From a bacterium (lineage in GTDB: Bacteria; Patescibacteriota; Microgenomatia; UBA1400; UBA12108), in NCBI GenBank assembly GCA_021788365.1, contig JAJYKS010000007.1, positions 1 to 33,141 on the forward strand: a DNA stretch of 33,141 nucleotides, in the 5' to 3' direction. This document shows positions 18,141 to 29,100 of this stretch, one piece after another; the stretch's first letter is position 1; each line of letters begins with the position of its first letter. The position numbers were made by a program, and so were the translations under genes. The notes beneath the pieces were generated by a model that saw only the letters and a list, made by a program, of their open reading frames with translations, ran no database searches and was not told the DNA's origin.

Positions 18141-19418
18141 ATGCCCATCCCTGTCCCCAACCCACCATGTTCCCAGCATATAACTCCTATACGTCTTATA
18201 AGACTTATAAGTCTTATCGGACTTATAGTGGCGGCCATGCCGCCACATGCATTAGCAACTCCACCTCCCGCCACGAGTAGCGCACAGGTCTCCACCACCA
18301 TCCCCACTTTCTTCACGCCAAACGACACAACCGCCCCCACCGCCCCCCTTCTCCTTCGCCCCGCCGACGGCACCTACACCAGCGAAAAGACACTGGAGTT
18401 TGCCTGGCATCAAAGCACCGACATCGACTCCAATAAAATTATATATACATTATATCTGAATAACGTCGCCACCTACCTGGGCATAAGCAACGACGGAAAC
18501 GCCGAAGGCGCAGGCTATACCTCGCGGATCGAAGGCGGAGAAGTTCGCCTCATCCCCAATCCCCCGCTCCCCGACGGCACCTACGACTGGTACGTCACCG
18601 CCGAGGACCTGTCCGGCAACAAAAGCTACTCGGCGTCGTGGCACCTCACAGTTGACACCGTCCCGCCCACAATTCTCGTGACGGATATCGACACCTACCA
18701 TCACCTCGCGCTCGATTCTACTAACCCCGCTTCCGTCCCGCCAGGAACGAGCTTTGATGTAAATGGGCCAAAAGACGTGTACTTTACCGTTGTTACGGAA
18801 CCGTTTGCGACCATCTCACTCCAGTATCGGACCTATCTGTCCTATACGTCGTATCAAACCTATCCGTTTCCCACCGGCTCCGGTGGTCACGTCAACTCCT
18901 ACGCCCACTTTGACCCCGGTACCTACGAGGTGCTCATTTCAGCGGTGGACCGTGCCGGCCAGCCGGCCGCGCTGCCGCCACTGCTGCTTCGCGTCACCGC
19001 AGCAGCGGTGACTATCGGGCCTATCGGTCCTATTGGACGTATCGGCCCTATCAGCTTCCCCGCTCCGCTCACCTCTCTGCCTTCCACCATCTCGTACGTT
19101 GCCACTCGGGTAGGTATGGCAGGATATGTAGCCATTTCGCTAGCAGTATTAGTACTGATACTGCTCATATTCCTCTGGAACAGGCGGGACAACCTTATCT
19201 TGGTGGACGAGCATGGAAACCCCCTTGCCGCGAGTGTTTGGCACTCGCGGCAATATACGTCATATATGATATATAAGTCGTATAAGACGTATACAGGTAG
19301 GCTACGCGTCCCTCACCTAGGTCGCTACTCCACCCTCACGATCCGCACAAGCCGCATCACGCTCGTCCTCTCCCTCTGCCAAAATGCGCGCGTCTACACG
19401 GTCATAGTACCCCAATAA
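18141..19418 (+). CDS. Ig-like (Big) domain membrane-anchored protein
   Basis: 'DTTAPTAP.LL.P', 'LPDGTYDWYVTAEDLSGN', 'TVDTVPP'; TM near the C-terminus; carries four 9-nt repeat arrays. Confidence 0.8.
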   Translation: MPIPVPNPPCSQHITPIRLIRLISLIGLIVAAMPPHALATPPPATSSAQVSTTIPTFFTPNDTTAPTAPLLLRPADGTYTSEKTLEFAWHQSTDIDSNKIIYTLYLNNVATYLGISNDGNAEGAGYTSRIEGGEVRLIPNPPLPDGTYDWYVTAEDLSGNKSYSASWHLTVDTVPPTILVTDIDTYHHLALDSTNPASVPPGTSFDVNGPKDVYFTVVTEPFATISLQYRTYLSYTSYQTYPFPTGSGGHVNSYAHFDPGTYEVLISAVDRAGQPAALPPLLLRVTAAAVTIGPIGPIGRIGPISFPAPLTSLPSTISYVATRVGMAGYVAISLAVLVLILLIFLWNRRDNLILVDEHGNPLAASVWHSRQYTSYMIYKSYKTYTGRLRVPHLGRYSTLTIRTSRITLVLSLCQNARVYTVIVPQ

Positions 19419-19460
19419 GTCCTATTTGACATATTCCTCCAATACGTCATATTTATTACT

Positions 19461-19973
19461 ATGCCATATAAAGAACTGTTATCCTACCAGATGACAACGA
19501 TCATCTACGATCTAACCGATATTTTTGTAAGAAAATATATTGACAAACGCTCCCGTACCAGTGACCAAATGGTACAAGCCGCCAGGTCTAGTAAGCAAAA
19601 CATTGTTGAAGGCTGCAGCGAACGCACATCAAAAAAAAGCGAGCTCAAGCTCCTAGGCGTAGCCCGTGCCTCACTCAAAGAACTCCTGGAAGATTACGAA
19701 GATTACCTCAGGCAGCGCGGGCTCAGACAATGGGAAAAGTCCTCGCCAGAGTCCCTGGTAGTCCGTAATCTCTCATATAGGTCATATAAGACCTATCAGA
19801 CCTATACGTCCTATATGACAACCCCCAACAAAGCCGCCAATTGTCTTATCTGCCTCATAAATCAAGCCGGATATCTGCTCGACAAACAAATTACGAAAGC
19901 GGAACAAGATTTTCTGCAACATGGTGGGTACACAGAAAATTTGTTTCGACAGCGGCTTCAAAACCGAAAATAA
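19461..19973 (+). CDS. Four-helix-bundle protein with suffix domain (23S rRNA IVS-protein/TIGR02436-like family)
   Basis: Y.ELLSYQ..IIYDLT..F, SRT.DQMVQAARS.KQNIVEG, ELKLLGVARASLKELLEDYEDYLRQR, AN..ICLINQA.YLLDKQI...EQDFL..GGYTE.L. Confidence 0.92.
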   Translation: MPYKELLSYQMTTIIYDLTDIFVRKYIDKRSRTSDQMVQAARSSKQNIVEGCSERTSKKSELKLLGVARASLKELLEDYEDYLRQRGLRQWEKSSPESLVVRNLSYRSYKTYQTYTSYMTTPNKAANCLICLINQAGYLLDKQITKAEQDFLQHGGYTENLFRQRLQNRK

Positions 19974-20007
19974 CACATTCCCCCTGCATGTAAACGCGTG
20001 AAACTAT

Positions 20008-20034
20008 TACCGCAATCATTTGCGGTATTATTTC
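20008..20034 (+). terminator. Probable terminator hairpin
   Basis: TACCGCAA-TCAT-TTGCGGTA followed by a T-rich tract. Confidence 0.45.
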
Positions 20035-20047
20035 TGGTCCCAGACTA

Positions 20048-20077
20048 TTGACACGCCTTGTACAACGCTTTTATAGT
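20048..20077 (+). promoter_or_regulatory. Sigma70-type promoter for the giant gene
   Basis: TTGACA, 18-nt spacer, TATAGT. Confidence 0.55.
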
Positions 20078-20138
20078 AGACCTATGGTCCTGAGTTTATC
20101 GAAGGATAACAGTGTATAACGAAATATAACTACAAGAT

Positions 20139-23100
20139 ATGAAACCAAATACTGCCCACCCTACATTCGACACCATTCTCGCCACCTGCAAGCAGTTTCT
20201 TGCAAGCACCCACCTGAGTCTCACCAGCCGCAAGCTGTATCTCGCCGACATCAAGCGGTTTTTGCACTGGCTGCAAGCCAGTAAAACCCTGAGTGAATCG
20301 AAGGGCTCGCCGCTAGATATACTCACCCAACCAAGTAACTACACCTCGTATATGGAGTCCTTGAGGAACAATGGCGCTGACAAGTCTGTGCTACTTCGCG
20401 CCCTCGCCTCGCTCAAGCAGCTCGGCACTGTGCTTTCCGCAACCTACAGCATCGCAAACCCCACCGACGGGTTCACCTTGAAGCAAAGATCCGATCTTTC
20501 CGAAGATCGGATCTTTGCTGAGAACTACATCAAACCATTCACCAACCAGCTCGAAAGCGAGCACCTCTCCCCTTTGACCGTTAGGTCCTATAAATCTGAC
20601 GTCACCCGCTACCTGCATTGGGCAAGCTCCAACACTCCTAGCACTCAGATGGATGCAGTGCTAGGCACAAAAAATCGCGAAAAATACTTGGATCATCTGC
20701 GCCAAATTGATGGAATGTCTTCGGCGACCATAGAGCGAAAAGGTAAGTCCATCGCCCGTTTTGCAACGTGGTATGCCGGTGCCTACCCGCACGCCGTACT
20801 ACCCGATAGTTCTTCCGCCCACCTAGCGAGCGGTATAGGACCTATACGTCCAATACGTCCTATTGGACCTATACGTATTGGCTCCTCTGTTCCAGAGGAA
20901 CCAATAGATTCCGTGAAAAAAAATAATTCCCGCAAACGGTTCTTTCTCCCGATTCCGCGCCTGTTCGGCCCAGGTTCCGAACTTCTGGGAGTTCGGAACC
21001 TTCTTCCCTTTGCCATCCTCCTCCTCTTCACGATTACCCTTGGCGTCTTCTCCTACCGTCAGTTCTCCCGCGATCGGGTTGTCTTGACCGAAGCCTATCC
21101 CAGCACACCGGTTACCCCGAACCGGCAGATCTCCTTCCAGGGCAGGCTCGAGAACGCCGGTGGCACACCCATAACCAGCGCCACCAACTTTGTCTTTAAG
21201 TTGTTCGATGCCGCCTCCGCCGGCACGCAGCTCTATAGTAGTGGCACGTGTTCCGTGACCCCCGACTCCGACGGCGTCTTCAATACTCAGATCGGCAGTA
21301 CCTGTGGCTCGGCGATTACCTCCGATGTCTTTACCCAAAACGCCAACGTCTATCTTGAAGTCACGGTGGGCGCCGAGACCCTCACCCCCCGCCAGCAAAT
21401 CGCCACCGTCGCCTATGCCCTAAACTCCGAGACTCTGCAGGGATTCCCCATCTCCGCAACGGTCTCTGCAGTGCGGAACACCGTCGTCCCCATGAATCAG
21501 TGGGGTGAAATCTTGGTCGGCGAGCAAAATCCGCGCATGACCGGCGTCTCAGGGACGTTTCAAATCTCCGCCCCCGCCCTCTCGCTCGCGACGACCACGG
21601 GCAGTAGTGGCAACATCACGATTGCCCCCGACGGCACCGGCCAGGTCAACGTGAACGGCAACACCACGACCACCAATTTCTTCAACGTGGCCGACGCCCA
21701 GCTCAGTACCGGCACTTTGATTACCGGCACCGTGGGGAACAACACCACCGGCTTCAAACTCCTCGACCTCCTTTCAGGAACCAGCCCCACCAGCAAATTC
21801 TCGGTAGACGCCTCCGGCAACACCACCCTCGCCGGCACGCTTAGCCTCCCCAATAGCAATACCTTAACCGGAGTGACCAATTATATTGAAGCCAGCGGCG
21901 GCCTCGCGGTAGGTAGCGGCACCACCTATAAACTGACGAGTACCGGCGATCTCTACGCTAATAACATCTACACAGGTGGTACGCAAAGGTTGGACTCCGC
22001 CGGAAATTTAACAAACATTGGCACCACCCAGCTCCACGGGGTCACCTACACCTGGCCAAGTGCCGACGCCGGCTCCTCCGGCTACGTCCTGTCTAGTAAC
22101 GCAGGCGGCACCCTCTCGTGGGTGGCCCAGACCGGCGGGGGTGGTAGCACTTATTGGCGGCTCGCCACCGGCGCACTCTCCCCGGTAAACGACACCCTCG
22201 ACCTTTTGCTCGGAGGCAACGCCACCGGCTCCGCCAAAATCGGACTAATCAACGTGAATAGCGGCACTCCCACCGCGACCATTGCCGGCACCACCGCCAA
22301 TGTAGCAACCTACCTGAATGGCAACGGCACGCTAGGGACGACCAACGCGCAAACCTTGACCCTCGGCAGTATTTCGACCGGCAACGTCATCCTCGCTCCC
22401 GGCGGCACGACAGCGTTGACCGCGGCAGGCGCCAATCTGACCGCTGCCGGCACGCTCACCCTGCCAAGCACAAACACCTTGACCGGGGTGACCAACTATC
22501 TGCAGCTTTCCCAGGGCTTGTCCGTCGGCGGCGGCACCACCTACTACATTGCCGGCAACGGTAACGGCAATCTCAACGGCCTCACGCTGGGTGCCGCCCT
22601 CGCTCTACCAAATACCAACAGCCTAACCGGGGTGTCGGGTTATGTACAATTTAACAACGGGATATCCGTGGGGGCGGCAACCGCCTATCACTTCGACAAT
22701 ACCGGCAACCTCGTCGCCCAAGGCGTCTCCGGCACGTCCCTCACCGATTCTGGGCTCACCCCCGGCTCCATCGTCTTTGCCGGCATGGCTGGTCTCCTTT
22801 CCCAAAACAACGGCAATTTTTACTGGGACAACACGAACAAGCACCTGGGCGTGGGCGCCAGCGGGACGAATCTTTTGGGTACCCTTGACCTTCGCTCCAC
22901 GCTCGGCACCCTGCCGGTCGCAACCATTTCCGGAGCGACATCCATGGCCTCCCTCATGGTCGACCAATCTGGTGTCGGCGACCTTCTTACGGCGAGCAAG
23001 TCCGGCGCCACCAAATTCGTGGTAGCCAATAATGGCAATGTGGGGATTGGCACCGCCAACCCCAGCTATCTTCTGGACGTGAACGGCAACGCCCGGATCG

Positions 23101-26100
23101 TGGGCGCCACCTTTACCAACAACGTCTATTTTGCCAACAGCTCGGACACGACCGGCTACTATGTGGACGTGAACGGCAACGCCAAATTTCTGGATTTAAT
23201 CGCCTCCGACACCGGCAACCCCGGATTAACCGTGGGCAACGGCAGCATCGGTTTTGCCAAAATCGGCGGCAGCACCATCTCCGACAACGCCGGCAACCTG
23301 ACCCTCGCCTCCGACACCGGTACGACGGACATTACCGGGAACGCTACGACCACCGGCTATGTGACGGTGGGGAACGGCATCATCAATTCGGGAGTTGCCG
23401 ACGGCACCTCGGCTCTCGGCTTCACCCTCAACACCAACAACACTCTGACCGGCGCCGACGCCAAGCTCCTCTCCATTAAAAACAACGGCACCGAAAAAAT
23501 GTACCTGGATGCCAGCGGCAACCTCTACGTCTCCGGCACGATTACCTCCGGTGCCGGCTTCTCCGTCACCGCGGTCAACAAGAGCGGCGGCACCGTCGCC
23601 AAGAAGGCACTAGTCGTCCTCGACCCCACGAACGCCAACGCCTTCACCACCACGACTACCCCCTACTCCAAGGCCGTCTTTGGTGTAGTGCAGGGGGTAG
23701 AGGTCAACAGCGACACCAACAACAACGGCGCCTGCGACGCGAACGAGACCTGTCTCATCGCCGTTGCTGGCGAGGTCGACGTTACTATTAAAAATACAAC
23801 CACGGTCGCCAAAGGCGATTATCTCTTCACCTCCGACACGGCAGGTAGCGCCTTCTCCTCCGCCAAGCAGTACGACGGCCTGGTCGGCGTCGTCTCCGAT
23901 ACTACGAATGCCGGCTCCGGCTACGTCAAGATGATTTTCAAAGTTCAGCCCCAGGTCACGGCCAGCGCCGCCATAGACAAGACCAGCAAACACAACGAGT
24001 ATTGGCTCTACGCGAACGACTACACCGCTGTCAATGAGGGTACGAATACTAATGCTAACCTCCTGGCTCGGGGGCTTACCTTTGACAATTTCTACGACAA
24101 CACCAAAACGGATAGCGCCAACACCACGGTGAGCGGCCCCGCCCCCGTTGGCGGCGCCGCCGCTCCCTATCGGGCAGGCCTCATGGGTGGCCAAACCATG
24201 AGTGCAGCAACCACCGACAATGCCGGGAATACCTATCTAGGGAGTAGTACGGTCAACAAGGTCTTCTACTACGACCGTACCAAGGACAGTATCCCCCAGG
24301 TCCAGGTAGAGCTAGGGATCGATCCTAACTGGTACAACGGGGTAACCTTGTCGGTGGCAACAACCAGTGCTCAGTTTAGCCAGAACAGTACCACTCCCCA
24401 GAAGAATCCGAACTTAAGTACCTCGTACAACGGCTCCCTGATTAAAGCCACGGGGACATATAGCAGTAACGCCAAGACTATCTATATCACCATCAAGTCC
24501 CCCACCACCTTTGACTGGACGGACTACAACGGCCAGGCTGCGACCGGCGTCACCATGACTCCCGGGACAGCCCAGGCGCTAGGGGCAACCGGTGTCTCCG
24601 CGACCTTCACCTCCGCCTCCTACAATGTCGGTGATGTCTTCAAGATCGCCTCCTGGTTCACCGAACCATCCTCTTCCACCCGTGGGGCAAAGGCCCAGTT
24701 CCCGGAACGCTCCAATATCGTGGCGACCGCCTCCTCCGTGGACGTGATCGACGCCGATACCCAGAAACTCTGGATGAGGTTTAGCACTGGCGGAACTACG
24801 ATAAATAATTCTAATATGATCGGTGCTACCGCCGATCCACTAAATTCGACAACAGCGCTAAATGGAGAAATAATAACCGCTAATACTGGAACTGTTTCTA
24901 ACTCAACAACATTCATTAGATTTTTTAGCGACGAAGCACGTATCGCGAATGCAACCGGTGGCAATGGACATAAATACAACGGTGGTATCTCTCAAAGAAA
25001 TTCTGGACTAGGAATAATTACTAGTATATATGCTAACTTTAATATAGTGGCACCTCAAGCCAACGACGTCGCCGCTGCCGTCATCCCCAACCAACCCACC
25101 GGTCAAGTGACCGTGAGTGGGTGGGGGTATATCCAAGGTGCTGCCGCAACCAACGTAAGTGAAGCCGTCAATCTGCCGTACAAATTTAATAATATTCCAA
25201 AAGTAAACATTAGCTATACCGGCGCCAAACCAACAACAGCCCCAACCTCACTTTCAGATTGTAACGCTGCTTATAATCGTTACACCGTTTGGACTGGACC
25301 AGTAACAACTACAGGTTTCTCTGCATTTATAGGGCTTACAGATGCAGCAGATGGAAACATGAGTTCAAGCTACTATTTCTGTTACACCTGGACCGCAACC
25401 GGCGTCGTCTCCCCCAAACAGTTTGTGGCGGTAGCGACAGGTAGTAGCAGCTCAAACGGCGGTACCACCGTCATCAATGAAACCGATGGCACCAGTATCA
25501 ACATCTCCATCGGCAGCCAAAGCGGCGGCACGGTCTGGCAAGACAAGGTTGCCTTTGCCAACAACACCTTATATCTAGGTGGTGGTGGTACCCCCACCCC
25601 GACCTACTTGGCAGTATATTATGGGGTTCACGGCCTATCAGCCAGCGAAACATCTTGGGCTCAATATCGGAATGGATACTACTTTGTCGGACAACAATCT
25701 AGTGGTTGGTCGGCAACCGGACCTGTAATTTTAGGTGCAAATGGTGCTCGTTTTACCTCCCTTGTCGCGACTCCAAACACCTCAACCATAAATAGCCACA
25801 GCAACACCATCTATGCCGGGACTGCCAGTGGTCTTTCTGTCATCCAAGAAAACCAGGGAGGGGGCAATGTTGCGGACGGTTCCGTGGAATCCTCCGGTTC
25901 TGTTAAATACTACACCAAAGACTACGTCTCCGAAGAAATGGTTGGGGATGTCCGCGGCATGTGGCCCTTGTCCGCCAGTGGTGCCCTTTCCTTGTCCGAC
26001 GTCTCCGTTAAGGGTAATACATTAACAAACACAGGATCCGTTACTGCAGTGAGCGGCGTTCGTGGCATGGGGGCAACGTTTAATGGGTCAAACTACCTAT

Positions 26101-29100
26101 CTATTGCAGATAATTCATCGCTTAACCTCAGTGGCGGATCAACAATGTCAGTCGGGGCCTGGTTTAAAACAACATCGTCAGGTACCGTGATTGCCAAAAC
26201 ACAGGGAGGAGTATCGTATCCAGACTTTTATCTTGTCGTCGGAGCCATATCGTCCGGAAAGATAACATTTACTATGTCTGTCACCGCAGGTACTTCTCAG
26301 GTGGCAGTCACCTCTAACACGACAGTTAATGACGGTAATTGGCACTATGCAATTGGTTCATATGATGGTGCGAACATGAATCTTTACATTGATGGAAAAT
26401 TAGACAATACAGCTGCAAGAACGGGAGCAGTTTATCACAATGCATCGGCATCTTTAGCAATTGGCGCGGTCTTGGGCACACCGAATTCCAGTTTTCTTAC
26501 AGGATCAGTCGACGAGCCATTCGTGACGGCGACAGCCCTCTCCGCCTCTCAGGTTAAACACATGTACGAGGTAGGTGCTCGTGCTCTCCAGTCCCACGCT
26601 ACTACCCTGGGTGGTGGTGGAGCCGACTTGAATCAAGAGTTAGGTGGCTCGGTCAATACGGTGGGAGACGCAAGACCGGACTACAACAACCAGTTTATGT
26701 ATGTCGGTACCAACGATGCGACGAATGGCAGGGTATCTAAGATTAGCTTAAACAGTGATACCAACGTCAAGACCTATGACAAAACCACCAATACCCCGAC
26801 AGGAGGTACCCTTCTGGCCAATGACAACACCAACACTCTCGCCGTCGGCTACAACCTGGAGACCGTGGGGAGCGCCACCAGTGGGGTAAAAACCATAGGG
26901 ATCGATTCCTACGCGACCGCCACCTCCGGCAACTTTATCGGCAAAACAGTCACCACTGCCGAATCTTTCAACCAAGCCTACGTCTGGAGCCAGTACACCC
27001 TGGACAGCTCCGACGCGAGCAACACCGTTGCCGTCTGGGCCAGCAACGACGGCGGCAGCAACTACTACCAATGCAATCTCACCAACACCGATTCCAGCCA
27101 GTCCCCTCCCGAGTACGAATACTTCTGCCAGTTCAACACTCCCGGCACTTCGCTCAAAACCAAGTTCGTTATGGCCCGCGGCTCCACCAAAACGAACACC
27201 TATATTACTCGTTACGGCGTAGCGTGGGTGAGCGGCGACGCCGTCGCGAGCGCCCCCGGCGGCAACGGACTTTACACCAACACCAATACCGCGGTCGCGA
27301 GCGGCAGCTACATCGACGTCGCCCACAACCAGGGGACGAACGATCTTTTGACAAACGCCTGGATCAATTCCCAATCCGTCTGGAAATCCCTGGATGCCAG
27401 CTACCAGCCGGCTATAGCCTGGGCAGGCAAAGATACGGAAAAAGGCGTCTACCACAACGCCGTCAATTCGTACGTACCAACCGCCGAGACTACCGACACC
27501 ACCACCAATCTCGCAAGCGGCCTCCTCTTTGACACGTTCGAAGACCAGACAAAAACCGACTCCGGCAGCACCACCGCCTCCATTACTACTCAGAAGCCGG
27601 ACGACGGCGCCGCCAACTATATGACCCTGCAAAATAGGGTCCAATCCGGCCGCGTCGGCCTCATGGGTGGCCAAACCATGAGTGCAGCAACCACCGACAA
27701 TGCCGGGAATACCTATCTAGGGAGTAGTACGGTCAACAAGGTCTTCTACTACGACCGTACCAAGGACAGTATCCCCCAGGTCCAGGTAGAGCTAGGGATC
27801 GATCCTAACTGGTACAACGGGGTAACCTTGTCGGTGGCAACAACCAGTGCCCAGTTTAGCCAAAACAGTACCACTCCCCAGAAGAACCCGAACTTAAGTA
27901 CCTCGTATAACGGCTCCCTGATTAAAGCCACGGGGACATATAGCAGTAACGCCAAGACTATCTATATCACCATCAAATCCCCCACCACCTTTGACTGGAC
28001 GGACTACAACGGCCAGGCTGCGACCGGTGTCACCATGACTCCCGGGACAGCCCAGGCCCTTGGCACGACCGGTGTCTCCGCTACCTTTACCTCCGCCTCC
28101 TACAACGTGGGCGATGTCTTCCGTATTGCTTCATGGTTTGTCGAGCCGGCTTCCGCGACCCGTGGCAGCAAAGCTCAGTTCCCGGAGAGGAGTAATGTAA
28201 TTACTCAAAATAACTACACTGATATTATTGACGCCGATACGCAAAAATTATGGATGCGTTTTAATGTGGTCGCCTGGAAGACATCGTACGTCGCTCTAAG
28301 CGCCAACATGCTCAACGGTATTCTCTATATCGCCAACAATAATAGTGCCGGTAGCGACGGCAACCTCAGGCGTCTCAATTTTGCAATCGATAACGACAAT
28401 TATCTCTATGAAGGGAGTACTTTCAAAGCCATTGGAGCCCAGACAACTATTGCTGCTAGAAATATTGCCGGTACCAGCAACGTCATTATCGCTCCCATTG
28501 GACTAGTTTCGCGCTACGCTAACGACGTCTCCGCCGCCGTCATCCCCAACCAGCCGACGGGACAGGTGACGGTAAGCGGGTGGGGATATGTGGCCGGAGA
28601 TGGGGTTAGCACAGTTCTGACAGAAGCCGTCAACTTCCCATACAAATTTAATACGACTCCAACTGTCCAAGTCTCTTGGGCTGGACAAGTAGCATCAACT
28701 CCCACTTCCTTATCAAGTTGTGCCACATCTGGCGGAAGCGGAGCAGGGCTAGGATCAACAACTGCAGCTGCAGTTGGCACAAATACATTTAACGTTAGTA
28801 TGGCAAAAAACACAAACGTTTTTGCGAGTGGTGTTTACTTCTGTTACACCTGGACCGCCACCGGCGTCGTCTCCCCCAAACAGTTTGTGGCAGTAGCAGA
28901 AGGAACGAGTATCGCCGGCGGCGCCACAGACGTAATCAATGAAACGGATGGCACGGTTGCTCATATAATGTCTGCAAACGGAGCAGTAAACACCCTTAAC
29001 TATCAATCAAAAGTCGCCATCGCCGGAAATAATCTCTATATGGGAGATGGATACCTCCCCTCTACTGGTATATCATCAGTGGATATCTACCATGGTATTC

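Larger units (their letters stand above)
9221..20305 (+). repeat. Dispersed mini-palindrome family CCTGAG-N(5-15)-CGAAGG (7 copies)
   Basis: Copies at 9221-9249, 10997-11027, 11488-11515, 11635-11655, 12939-12961, 20088-20106 and 20287-20305. Confidence 0.9.
17148..20879. repeat. Dispersed arrays of a degenerate 9-nt unit (approx. TATnnGwCy)
   Basis: Arrays at 17148-17195, 18180-18227, 18825-18866, 19014-19052, 19254-19295, 19415-19453, 19776-19820 and 20835-20879. Confidence 0.9.

Noticed and set aside
20139-20780. Functional integrase or prophage boundary
   Set aside because: Only core-binding-like domains are present, with no catalytic domain, att/tRNA site or phage structural genes. The frame continues into the adhesin.
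17148-20879. CRISPR array
   Set aside because: Units are 9 nt, degenerate and tandem without unique spacers; no cas genes.
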